The notes beneath the pieces are model-generated. The model made no database searches. It was not told the DNA's origin and worked only from the letters and a program-made list of their open reading frames with translations. Shown here in pieces: positions 1 to 9,982 of a stretch of DNA of 32,000 nt (positions within the stretch are counted from its first letter, which is position 1; each line of letters begins with the position of its first letter). Position numbers and translations under genes: made by a program. The DNA is from Xylella taiwanensis (GTDB taxonomy: Bacteria > Pseudomonadota > Gammaproteobacteria > Xanthomonadales > Xanthomonadaceae): the NCBI RefSeq assembly GCF_013177435.1, contig NZ_CP053627.1, positions 1,860,001 to 1,892,000 of the forward strand, read 5' to 3'.

Positions 1-828
1 AGAATACGCTGGTGAACTTCGCGGATAGGCAACCGCATCGCTATAAGTCAGGTAACCGGATTCCTGAGCATCGTTATGAAAGTAACGCATACTCAAACCA
101 GCACGCCATATATCGCTGGGATCAGCATAGCCCCATTTACCTGAGAAAGAACGTTTGATTGCGCGCGCATGATCCCGGTATCCATCCGAATCACGCCAGC
201 TGGCAACATAGTTCTGGCTCCACACGCCGCGCTCGATGCCCTTGGTCAGCTGCACCTCGCGAGTACCAAAGCTACCTGTAGTCACACTGAGCAAACCATC
301 GTTACCACCACTGCGGGTCATCACGTCGACATGGCCTGCGATCGCGTTGAGTCCATAGCGTGGATCATTAGTACCGCGCGCAATCTGGATCGCGGTAATA
401 CCCAAAGGGGATAACGCATCAAGGTACGGCATCCCACCTGCATTATCGTTGCTGGGGATACCATCGATTAGCAATTTGATCGCGTTAACACGGCCTTCGC
501 CATTGAATCCCCTGAACGAGACACGGCCAGCATCGGTACCCATTTTGAACTGAGTGACCTGCACACCCGGCGCACGCATGAACAATTCCCAGGTGTAGTC
601 GACGTGCTGGTCTTGCAGCAAGTCCTGACCAAGGATATCGACCGAAGACAGTACGCTGCCGATCGGCAGCGTACTGTCATTGGTACCGTAAACCTGAACC
701 TTGCCAAGAGTCAGTGTCGGCAAGGCATCATCTATGCTGGTAACAGCAGCGGCATGAACGCCGGATACAACGCTATACAAAACAAGGCCAAACAGCGACA
801 CGGCCGGAAAACATGGGAATGACAACAT
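1..828 (-). CDS. TonB-dependent outer-membrane receptor, N-terminal part (signal peptide plus plug domain); the gene continues past the left window edge
   Basis: Absent from the ORF track because it runs off the edge. My minus-strand translation from the ATG at 828 stays open to position 1 (276 codons): MLSFPCFPAVSLFGLVLYSVVSGVHAAAV...LTLGKVQVYGT...VDILGQDLLQDQHVDYTWELFMRAPGVQVTQF...RVSFRGFNGEGRVNAIKLLIDGIPSND...ITAIQIARGTNDPRYGLNAIAGHVDVMTRSGG. This is a signal peptide followed by typical TonB-dependent receptor plug motifs. Confidence 0.85.
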   Translation of the reverse strand, partial: MLSFPCFPAVSLFGLVLYSVVSGVHAAAVTSIDDALPTLTLGKVQVYGTNDSTLPIGSVLSSVDILGQDLLQDQHVDYTWELFMRAPGVQVTQFKMGTDAGRVSFRGFNGEGRVNAIKLLIDGIPSNDNAGGMPYLDALSPLGITAIQIARGTNDPRYGLNAIAGHVDVMTRSGGNDGLLSVTTGSFGTREVQLTKGIERGVWSQNYVASWRDSDGYRDHARAIKRSFSGKWGYADPSDIWRAGLSMRYFHNDAQESGYLTYSDAVAYPRSSPAYS

Positions 829-1405
829 GAAAGATATGCTCCAACCACATCCGAAAAGTTCAGGTTCATGGTGGTGTATCAAATCGGCCAGATCGACAAA
901 ATTTACTCTTCCAGCCTGAGCCAAGTGGTCGTCGCTGCACAGGACACGGCGTTAAACAACGGGGGGAAACCAATGCTGAAACTACACCAACGGCCAACCC
1001 GTTAACTCTAGCCAATGCCTCACTGTTCCCAGTGAAACTAACGCGCTGTCACCACCACCCACCGCACAAGGCTCACTTTTCAAAACTAGCCATTGTGTGG
1101 GGGAGCACCCACATGGCAAGGGATCACGCACGAGCAGGGCTACTGCCAACGACCACAGCACCTCCAAAACCGTGCACCTATCCTGACATACAGATGCCGG
1201 CAACCGTTAATATCACTTGAACATCTTGTAGATTTAGTGCACCGGCAAACCAAGAATCCCAATGCATAGCAAGCTCATAGATAACAAAATTAGGTCAGAA
1301 GACGTTGCAGAACAGAACATGCTTGCTAACAGATGGGAGCGTTTTTTAAGAAAAGCACATGAAGGCGCATGCGCTACTCGTGTCTATCAATCAAGTGACT
1401 ACTAG

Positions 1406-1427
1406 TTAAAGGCACATTAAAGGCACA
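1406..1427. repeat. Perfect tandem duplication of an 11-bp unit (TTAAAGGCACA x2) in the divergent intergenic region
   Basis: Read directly: actagTTAAAGGCACATTAAAGGCACActgcc. Units are at 1406-1416 and 1417-1427, so the period is 11 bp, one helical turn. Function is unknown. Confidence 0.9.
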
Positions 1428-1749
1428 CTGCCAGGAGACAGGGCATGAAATGCATCTTGAACCGACCAAAGCATCCGGAGAAACGCCTGGAAGTACACCA
1501 TCAACGTGTCTCATGCAATCTTGGAAACCACTAAACAATCACACTCCGATATATCTAATTAATCTACACAAAACATTTTTTGCAGATTTAACCTAGCAAT
1601 TATGCTAGAAACTCGGTTTTCCCATTCAAGCTGGAAGCAGGATACGATTATCCGTGTCACCACCGATGCTGTGGCTGACCGCCATATTCATTCAGCTTGA
1701 TAAAAAGTACGCTACCCTCCTTAGTTCAACCTTAATCTACAGCTTTGTC

Positions 1750-2196
1750 ATGTTGCTATTCCGTACTCTGACCGCTCTCTCCCTGTTCCTAGCCAGCAGC
1801 TACGCCAGAGCGGATGGACGTTGGGTCAATCTCGGCGGTCAGCGCTACCAAGTCGAACTAGCACAGACTGAGGAAAGCCGCGCCCACGGGCTGATGTTTC
1901 GAACAAAAATGGCAGCAGATCACGGTATGTTGTTCATCCACGACCGTCAGGAGCCGCAAGCATATTGGATGAAGAATACCAAGATCCCACTAGACATCTT
2001 GTATTTCGATGAGCAAGGCAAGTTGGTGAGCCAGCAACGCAACGTGCCGCCGTGCTCAGCAGGTGATGCTTGCCCACCCTACCCAAGCCGTGTACCGGCG
2101 CGCTACGTACTGGAACTCAATGCTGGTCAGGCAGCACGCCTTGATCTGAAAGACGGTACCGAACTGGTATTCGGACCAGACATTCCCAAGCCCTGA
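1750..2196 (+). CDS. DUF192 (COG1430) family protein with N-terminal signal peptide
   Basis: Track ORF 1654..2196. The core ...ELAQTEESRAHGLMFRTKMAADHGMLFIH...AYWMKNTKIPLDILYFDEQGKLV...VLELNAG matches the DUF192 pattern (GLM.R, GMLF, MKNT..PLDI.F). I prefer the ATG at 1750 (MLLFRTLTALSLFLASSYARA, signal-like) over the GTG at 1654. Confidence 0.8.
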   Translation: MLLFRTLTALSLFLASSYARADGRWVNLGGQRYQVELAQTEESRAHGLMFRTKMAADHGMLFIHDRQEPQAYWMKNTKIPLDILYFDEQGKLVSQQRNVPPCSAGDACPPYPSRVPARYVLELNAGQAARLDLKDGTELVFGPDIPKP

Positions 2197-2284
2197 TCAA
2201 TCAGGTTTACCATAGATAGGTGTATATCACTTTCAGAAAATACTGGGCTTGAATAAAGAGGGACTTGGCTCCACCCTGTGTTCC

Positions 2285-3130
2285 ATGGCCGAACAATTGC
2301 TACTGCCCGGCTGGAACAGCCTCGCCACCGTCGACGATCAAACGCTGCCGTTGATGTCCACAGCGTTACTGATCGCCAGTGACGAATATCCAGACCTGAG
2401 CGCTGAGCTCTACGACACGCTGGTGCAGAGCTACGTCGAGTACCTGCGCTCAGAAGTCGAAGCAATTTCTCTGTGGCCGCTAAAGATGGCTGCAGTCAAT
2501 CGGTACCTGTTCCAAGAATTAGGATATTCAGGAAATCACGATGAGTATTACGATCCACGCAACAGTTATCTCAATCAGGTATTCGAACGCCGTCTTGGTA
2601 ACCCAATCTCCCTGGCAGTGGTGCAAATAGAGGTTGCACGACGCCTGGGTATTCCGCTAGACGGTGTATCGTTCCCTGGACACTTCTTAGTACGGTTACC
2701 TGTCGACGACGGTATACTGGTTATGGATCCATTCAACGGTGGCCGACCATTGGACGTAGAAGAGTTGCGGGAGCGCGCACGCCCACATCTGGGTGGTGAG
2801 GCGCCGGATGATCACGCGTTAGCTCAAATCCTCAATCCCGCACCACACCGTACAATCCTCATTCGTATCTTACGCAACCTGCACGGCGTTTACGCTAACA
2901 CTGATCGATGGGATCGCGCTGCGCGCTGCGCCGATCGCATCCTCAAGCTAGTGCCGAACCAACCTGAAGCACTACGCGACCGCGGCTTAGCATACCTGCA
3001 ACTTGGACATCGCAGCGGTGCGCGACAAGACTTGATGCGCTACATGCAACTGTATCCATCCACGCACAACGTTGACATGGTTCGTAGCCATCTAGTAGAG
3101 CTGAGCAATGAACGTATACAAACGCATTGA
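2285..3130 (+). CDS. SirB1/YchA-like protein (transglutaminase-like N-domain plus TPR-like C-terminus, UPF0162)
   Basis: Track ORF 2249..3130. YDPRNSYLNQVFERRLGNPISLAVVQIEVARRLGIPLDGVSFPGHFLVR is the family signature, and the C-terminal ALRDRGLAYLQLGHRSGARQDLMRY is TPR-like. The ATG at 2285 (MAEQLLLP) is the first ATG in frame. Confidence 0.8.
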   Translation: MAEQLLLPGWNSLATVDDQTLPLMSTALLIASDEYPDLSAELYDTLVQSYVEYLRSEVEAISLWPLKMAAVNRYLFQELGYSGNHDEYYDPRNSYLNQVFERRLGNPISLAVVQIEVARRLGIPLDGVSFPGHFLVRLPVDDGILVMDPFNGGRPLDVEELRERARPHLGGEAPDDHALAQILNPAPHRTILIRILRNLHGVYANTDRWDRAARCADRILKLVPNQPEALRDRGLAYLQLGHRSGARQDLMRYMQLYPSTHNVDMVRSHLVELSNERIQTH

Positions 3131-4579
3131 AATCGATACATGATAATGACCACACGTATTGTTGAGGTGAGTGATCCTGGCTTCCAACGCTAAGGACTCG
3201 ATCAGTTATACAACAACTGAATAACCAAACTGAGTTTCTCACCTACACACGCTGGACATGGAGTGCATCGGCGATGGCAAAGCATGCCAACTTCATAGCC
3301 GGGGATCTGGTTGTGAGAACACGAAATTACCCCACCTCATCCTCTGCCTTAACAGGTAATACCCCAGATAATGATCCGTAGGCCTTAGCGACTATCCAAG
3401 AGATCAGTGGAATGCAAGTAGCCCACGTTGGGGTAACGCGATCTGAAACAATGGCAATGATTCTAGGCTATGTAAAGGCATGGCAATGAAACGGATATCG
3501 TAATTTATGTTGATCCAAAGGGAAGCTAAGCCAATGGACTACATCCCTATTACCTTAACAACGGGCAAAAATAACCCGTCCCCAAGTACTGTACTGTCTT
3601 TGTTGTAACCAGATCCAATCAATTCACTATTAGTTAATTTTTCAAGTCATGGTAATGAAACGCAAAATGCTCAATGTAAAAAAGAGTATAAAACCATGGT
3701 GCATACACTCAGACCTTCATTAACTTGACCCTATAGCAGATCATCAATTAAAGAAATAGGCCATATTTATCTTTGATCTAAATTTAAGTTTATAAATAGC
3801 TGCAACAGCCTTCCAAAATCAACAATAAATATTCATCGAACCGTTGTTGTCAAACTCCAAGCACTATATCAAGGCAACCATAGACAATGAGTACCTTTTG
3901 TCGAAAAAGTGCAGTGTCACTATATCTCCGATATCATCCTGTAGGAGTTTTCATAAATGCATCACCGATGCAAAGGACAACCATACACCTCTTTCGCACT
4001 TGAGAAAACGAATGCTCTAGACCGCTAGACTGTATACCAGCAAAGAAGCTCTATCACAAAAAGCAGACAACACTGGCTCAATGATCGATCCAACCATGGT
4101 GCAGATGCATCAACACAAAAATCAAGACGAACTAATGCGAAGCTGTCAAACACATCAATGACAGGCTGATCAGCAAACTTCACAACATAATTGATGAACT
4201 GAGTAACCTGATCGAAACTCATCTCAACCTTAAGCAAATGCCTACAACCTAACTGATAAATAACGAATAGATATGATAACCCAAAGGTGATCACCAATCG
4301 TGCCTATAGGACGAGATTGCCACAGGCGAAGCTAAGAAGACCCGTAACTCTAACAGGGTCATTTACCAAGTGGTTACCGTCGCCTGGCTGGATTGATGAC
4401 ACCTCCTAGAAAAGTGATTCTTTAAAATTTATTTAGAAACCCTAAGGGCAGCAACCCAAACCATACAAACGACGGCAATCAAAAGATATGCGAAAAGCTA
4501 TCCGAGGGTTATACATTGGATATAAGGGTTCCGTCAGTACCTAAGCAACTTCCCCACAAAAGCTTATATGAAGCCTGCT

Positions 4580-4996
4580 TCAGCCCGGAAATGCCGGAAA
4601 CCTCTCATTAGGATGATTAGACTTCCATTCCTTGTAAGCAGCAGTACCTTCCCATGCAGCAAATGAACTCGGGAGACGCCCACGACCAGTCCAAGTCTCG
4701 CCACTGTGGGGCAAGCAGTATTTCGGCACAACTACACGACGCGCGTCAGCAGACGAGGCCTTCCTAACCTTAGGCTTTTCATCGTTTACCATTATCAAAG
4801 CCGCAATCTCAGTTTTTTGCTTGGCACTGAAGTGCTTACCAAAATCATTCAATAGAGCGATCACCCGGGTAAACATTTCAGCTGCTTGCTGCTGTAGTAA
4901 CTGAACTTCCTGTTCTTCAAGCCTGCGCAATTCTTCGGTCAATTTCACCTTGGCTTTAGCAATGGCATCCAGATTCAAAACGTTGTTGTCAATCAT
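4580..4996 (-). CDS. H-NS family nucleoid-associated DNA-binding protein
   Basis: 138 aa. The N-terminus is coiled-coil-like (KVKLTEELRRLEEQEVQLLQQQAAEMF). The C-terminus PKYCLPHSGETWTGRGRLPSSFAAW matches the H-NS DNA-binding loop (TW.GRGR.P). It is the only intact ORF in a 6.4 kb AT-rich tract. Confidence 0.8.
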   Translation of the reverse strand: MIDNNVLNLDAIAKAKVKLTEELRRLEEQEVQLLQQQAAEMFTRVIALLNDFGKHFSAKQKTEIAALIMVNDEKPKVRKASSADARRVVVPKYCLPHSGETWTGRGRLPSSFAAWEGTAAYKEWKSNHPNERFPAFPG

Positions 4997-7856
4997 GAAA
5001 TTCTATCTTCATATGGAGGATGTATAACGGATACTGCTAAGGATACATTGTTAACTGTTCGTGGATATCAAGCAATACTCTATTTGTTGATAAAGCATCC
5101 CAATCTTTAACCGTCCCCATAGATACAAAACTAATGGATCCAGATTTCCTGGAGCCATATTGCTTTAAGCGAGAGATTCCACCTTCAGCTAAAGATTACT
5201 ACAACGATAATTTCGTTTCACTATACGATACGTCCCATCAATCTCCTCGTTTTAGTAAGAGTCATCAATTCAACCAAACAACGTTAACTACCTTGCACTG
5301 GACTAGCAGAAAATAGTTCCTCTTATGATAACCCTTGGGAATCACCCGCTTGCCCGCATCATAAACAACCTTAGACGGTCAGCCCCAAGAGCAACACCTT
5401 CATCCTATCCAAGTCGTGAATGTCGCCCAACCTAAAGTAAAATCCTCCAGATTAGGTCAAGACACCAGTCGCAACATGAATCTTGGCGGTCACACTGCCA
5501 CAGATGCGTTTCTGCTCTTCACTCCAGTATTATCCTTGCACACCCAAACAATAGTTAAATCTGATCATCGCTCCAACATTGTTCTTCCTGTTGCAACGCA
5601 CAATGAAACAGATGTCGATATACCTAAACAGTTACAGGAAGTCGCATATGAAGAATCCGAAAACTAACTAAACGAAGCATTCTAGTCAGCGAATCGTACC
5701 AACGAATGCCAGCAAAATAGCACTCTATAACCTTTTCAATGAATTAGAAATTATCCCCTATGATCGCTCAGATATGACCTCTCACGACACAATCAAGAAT
5801 GACCCTCAGATATATTATCTCAAAAAAATATTACAACTCTTTATAAACAACTTATCAATTCTGAAAAGAGTGACATAAATCAATTTTCCATCTATTTGAT
5901 GACACACCTCAGGAAAAACAGTTCTTTCAATATTTTCTTCTCGATACTAGAGAAAGTAATAACATCAAACTGCCTTTGATCTTGACAAACATCATGTTTT
6001 TATTAGTCAACGTTAATTGAAACTGAAAAAATCTCAAAAAATTGAGGTTCAATCGATACGATACCCACTAATGCAAAAAACTAGAGGGTTTAACTTCCAA
6101 TCACAGCACCTCAAACTGTGAAGATACCCGAGAAACTGAATAATCCCCCTCTTTTCCAAGGGTCACTAGCCCTGCACTATCAACAGCAAACTACAATCCA
6201 ATCACATTTTAATGACCAGCAATGCTTTCTCAGATTAGCAACCACAAACAGATGTACTTGTCGAACATCAAACGCATCAAAGCTCATCCATTCAGAAGTT
6301 TAATTCATCTCCTTTTAATCTTTTACTCAGTTCAAAAATTAAAGCTTGGAATCACGAAATGGTTACAAAATAGACAATAACAGAGTAGCAAGTCTACAGC
6401 GAAGCGCTACTCACTATTAATAATACTCCCAGTATCCAGGTATCCCACATGCACTCAGAAGTGCGTAACCCCAAGATGAGTTGATGCGTTCATCACTACA
6501 TACATTAGTACTGCGTTTCCTCTGTCCAGTTATTTGATAGAACCAGCATACAGTCACCATGTAGAACTCTCAGCTTGCCGATGAGTAGCATACGTCACCT
6601 TTCAAGAGACGTATTGGGAACCAACCGCACCTTTACTATCGCCTAAAATTAGTTTCTAAAAGAACATCGGTTCGTTGAATCCTTACGACAAATCTTGGCG
6701 ATCATCATCATTTTGCAATACAGCAACACACATCACCCTGATCCTCTGTTGTTCATCAAGCATTATGCTTTGCACCTCTCAAAAAGAATACAACATAAAC
6801 AGCCGAATCTCGACCATCCACACGATCGATGATTATTTGACGCACTATTCTGAAAACTACCACCATCCGTTCAACCAGTACATCCAAATAATCGCAATAC
6901 CAGCAATCCTGTGTGATCAGTGGTGACATTACTGTGGTGCATTCTAGCCTCAAGCACATAGTTTTCCAGCGAGATATGAGCCTCGCTGAGCCTATTCATA
7001 ACCTGGTCGTTCTACAACAAACTGTCATGCCTACTAAAACTTGAAATGCTGACACTGTTTTTCTTCTACAGCTATTTCTTTAAAGATTCATTGAGCCACA
7101 ACTGAGCCTGAATGCACTGATGCAAACTCGGGATCATGGTATTCGTGACCTCCTAAATTTCGAAATACATCGGGCCAAATTCAAAAGGTAAAAACCCAAC
7201 TTTACAACCAACATTCTTTACTTGTTGCAATCCAATCTGAGGCATAGCTAAGATTTATCGCATTCTTGACTGGTATTACTAGAAACAACGAGCAAGAATA
7301 AAAATCGATGAAAAATCATACCGACAACAACAGATTCAATATCCACCAGCCAGTGTCGCCCCACATCCAGATCGATTTAACTAGTCTAAGCAGCACCTAA
7401 TGCATCCAGGTCAATCAACATACATCGTAATATCCCGTCTGGATATATCAGGACACGGCCTTGTTCATATTCTTTGACATGTTTTAAAACCTTTACTCGA
7501 GAATCCAAGATTACACATGCATACCCCCACATTCCTCGTTCTCCTCCTGGTATTGCCATTCGTCATGACCACCATGAGTGACTCGTTCTAGCCGCATTTC
7601 GTATTGGGTCATGACTTGGCTGCCCAATGCCACGCCGCTACTCGGGCTGACACTCATCACATGGATTACTTCAACGCTTCTGTCCGGTTAAATCTGTGCG
7701 GATACTACTTCTTACCGCCTCAAATCAGCGTAAAAGTCCGATACTACAGCTGAATGAGCCATCCCGGATGTTCACGCTACTGGTATGAACGGTCGACGGA
7801 GTGATCAATGTATAAGTGCACCGCAACCTCAACGAAGGCGACAATAACCCACACTG

Positions 7857-8715
7857 TTACACCCACTTGCTGCTGTTCAGAGATGTGATACTGGTCTTGG
7901 CGCTGTCTCGGCATCTATTGCCGACAACAATGTTCTTAACATTGGCCACCATCCGTTCATGAGGTTCCATTAGCACTCGCAGATATTGACATATTGCTTC
8001 TTGGACGAATAAAGCAGAATGATGAGTAGGCAACGTAGCGATGCAATGGAATATGGAAAAAGGCCAATTGACTGGACGATTGTGGATAAAGCGCGGGCAG
8101 GCCGCAAACACTCCGGCATGCCCAAGGTAACTCACTCACAAGCTGGCTCTGGCAGCGTTTAGCGTTTGGTCATGATCGCAGGACAGACCTAGAACATTTG
8201 GTGTGCAAAGGAACTGGTCGACCATCTACCTTCCAAAGCGGTCATTGCCAACACGGATGACAACGTCCACCTGTGTAGAGTCGATTCGATCCGAGGATAC
8301 CGAAGTACTGTCATCAGGTGGTGCTTGCTGTTCCATCTACCACGGAATGTAGCGATAGCCAACGAATCGTCTTAGGGAGATGCACCTTCACACTGGTTGC
8401 TGTCCAGCGACACAGCTTGACTCTTAATCTACACAACTTGCGCTTGTTGGAGTGGCTCGAAGGCGCGATCCAGCATGCCCAGCTTCGTCCATCGGTTCAT
8501 ATGGATGTGATTGTATGCCAGTTGCCGAAGCACTTGGGCAGGTCATGCTCAGCGACATACAGAATGGAGTTGAGCACTTGCAGATTCGTGGGACTGACGT
8601 TACCGCCTGCCTCGGCAAACAGTGTTCGACTTGCACAAATCAGCGTGCTGCGATCTACATACGCTCACTGTTAAAAGAACATCGCCTCTAAACCATAGTA
8701 GTCCCGCCACTGCAT
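7857..8715 (-). pseudogene. Degenerate IS5-family (IS4/IS5 superfamily DDE) transposase gene, broken by several frameshifts and stops
   Basis: Minus-strand translation gives family-typical segments in different frames: DRSTLICASRTLFAEAGGNVSPTNLQVLNSILYVAEH..LPKCFGNWHTI (stop), then HMNRWTKLGMLDRAFEPLQQAQVV (stop) IKSQAVSLDS, then IATFRGRWNSKHHLMT, then track ORFs 7857..8135 and 7957..8139 (LGHAGVFAA.PRFIHNRPVNWPF...YLRVLMEPHERMVANVKNIV). Compare the usual LNgILYV...GC.WR.LP..fG.W.T.Y.R..RW.k.Gv.dr.f, IG.SRGG.TTKIH and R.IATRYdKla.nF motifs. I found no intact terminal inverted repeats. Confidence 0.75.
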
Positions 8716-9502
8716 TTTCGCGTTGAAAGCATCAAAACGAATGAAGCAGCCCCTCTAACCTCTCAGGGAAAGCGATAACGATCCTCGATAAAGATCGGCA
8801 CAAAATAAAGACAACCGATAACTGTCCCAGCCTCGACGCACCATAGCAGGATCCATCAAATCTTATACACAGGCTAGGAATGTTGTCATGGAGTCACAGA
8901 AAACTGAAGACAGTCTGTACCACAAACCAACACAAAGAGAAGATCAAAAAATCCAAATGCCAACTGACCACGCACCTCGCTCGGCAAAGTCAGCACGATA
9001 GAAATACCACAGCTGGAACCATCGGAACTAATCCGACCAAGTAAATATACTGATACAGACAAAGACTGGCTCGCTCAATCACGCAGTTACGATCCCAAGG
9101 AATGACTCCAAAATGAAACGGTTGATTTAGTCATCAATGCGAAGCCGCTCTCTACTTACTCGTACAAAACCCACAACATTCAACAATGATTTTGTTTAAC
9201 AAAACGATCCCAGCAACGAGAAGCTATCGTAGCCCTGTTACCTGAAACATACGATACAACTGGCTGCAACCAGATACCGGAAAGGTGTGCCAAACAAAGT
9301 TTCAGCACTAACCCTTGGAGCATAGCATGCACTGCACGACTGACAGAGACTCGATGACACAACCTTTTGTCACAAATGGCCATTGAATCGACGAATGATT
9401 GAGCCAACAAAATGGAAAATCACATCATCGGACCCACAATAATCAGGAGAGCATCAAAGATTTGTGGTTTCATATGAAATCGGAATCAAGGTGTAACACA
9501 GC

Positions 9503-9982
9503 ATGAACAAATCTATTACCACACCTCATACGATCCATATCAACCTGGAACAATTCTTGCCGTTCCGCATCAGCGTGCTATCCAAACACATAAACAACAA
9601 CATCGCTAGAATTTACGAGAACAGATACAGCATGGCTGCCACAGAATGGCGCGTCATTACGATCCTGGCACTGTATCCTGGTTCCTCAGCCAGTAAAGTC
9701 TCTGAGCACAGTGCAATGGACAAGGTGGCAGTGAGCCGCGCAGTGGCACGCCTACTGAAGCAACGCTTCATCCAACGCGAAACTCACGGGGACGACCGAC
9801 GTCGCTCGATGCTGACTCTCTCTCCTACTGGCCATCAAGTCTACGAGACTGTGGCACCGTTGATTAATAAGATGGAAAACCAACTTATGTCGGTCCTTTC
9901 CGAAAATGAGCGCCAATTGCTAGATCATCTGATTGATCGGCTGACAAAAGAGGGATTACCGCGAATGATATTAAAAGGCTAG
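9503..9982 (+). CDS. MarR-family transcriptional regulator
   Basis: 159 aa. The winged-HTH core TEWRVITILALYPGSSASKVSEHSAMDKVAVSRAVARLLKQRFIQRETHGDDRRRSMLTLSPTGHQVYE is typical MarR. There are no Cys residues, so it is not an OhrR-type thiol sensor. Confidence 0.85.
   Translation: MNKSITTPHTIHINLEQFLPFRISVLSKHINNNIARIYENRYSMAATEWRVITILALYPGSSASKVSEHSAMDKVAVSRAVARLLKQRFIQRETHGDDRRRSMLTLSPTGHQVYETVAPLINKMENQLMSVLSENERQLLDHLIDRLTKEGLPRMILKG

Noticed and set aside
829-1250. A possible cobalamin or TPP riboswitch, or a Fur box, upstream of the TonB-dependent receptor
   Set aside because: The minus-strand leader has no B12-box-like core (no GGTG..AATCC or CCCGCAACTGTA-like segments), no TPP CTGAGA/ACCTGA elements and no GATAATGATAATCATTATC-like Fur box. 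Only a chance CACTGGGAA string is present.
1654-1749. N-terminal extensions in the ORF track (DUF192 from 1654, sufB from 28211, sufC from 29804, iscR from 27766, lptM from 23571, ptrB from 25785)
   Set aside because: The extensions use non-ATG starts or overlap upstream genes. They precede family-typical N-termini or signal peptides that begin at internal ATGs.
3128-3139. TGAAATCG shared between the left edge (3128) and right edge (about 9474) of the AT-rich tract, considered as possible att-like direct repeats
   Set aside because: Only 8 nt are identical and similarity decays immediately. That is expected by chance, and there is no integrase or tRNA.
5767-5813. CTCAGATAT repeated at 5767 and 5805, plus other 6-9-nt repeats in the AT-rich tract
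   Set aside because: Many 9-mer coincidences are expected in about 3 kb of biased sequence.
5805-5830. A dif-like sequence (CAGATATATTATCTC), considered because xerC is in the window
   Set aside because: It matches both XerC and XerD arms of the GGTGCGCATAA-TGTATA-TTATGTTAAAT consensus poorly.
8318-8691. Plus-strand ORFs of 118 aa and 79 aa
   Set aside because: They are antisense to the region whose minus strand shows clear IS5-family transposase peptides, so they are shadows of the pseudogene.
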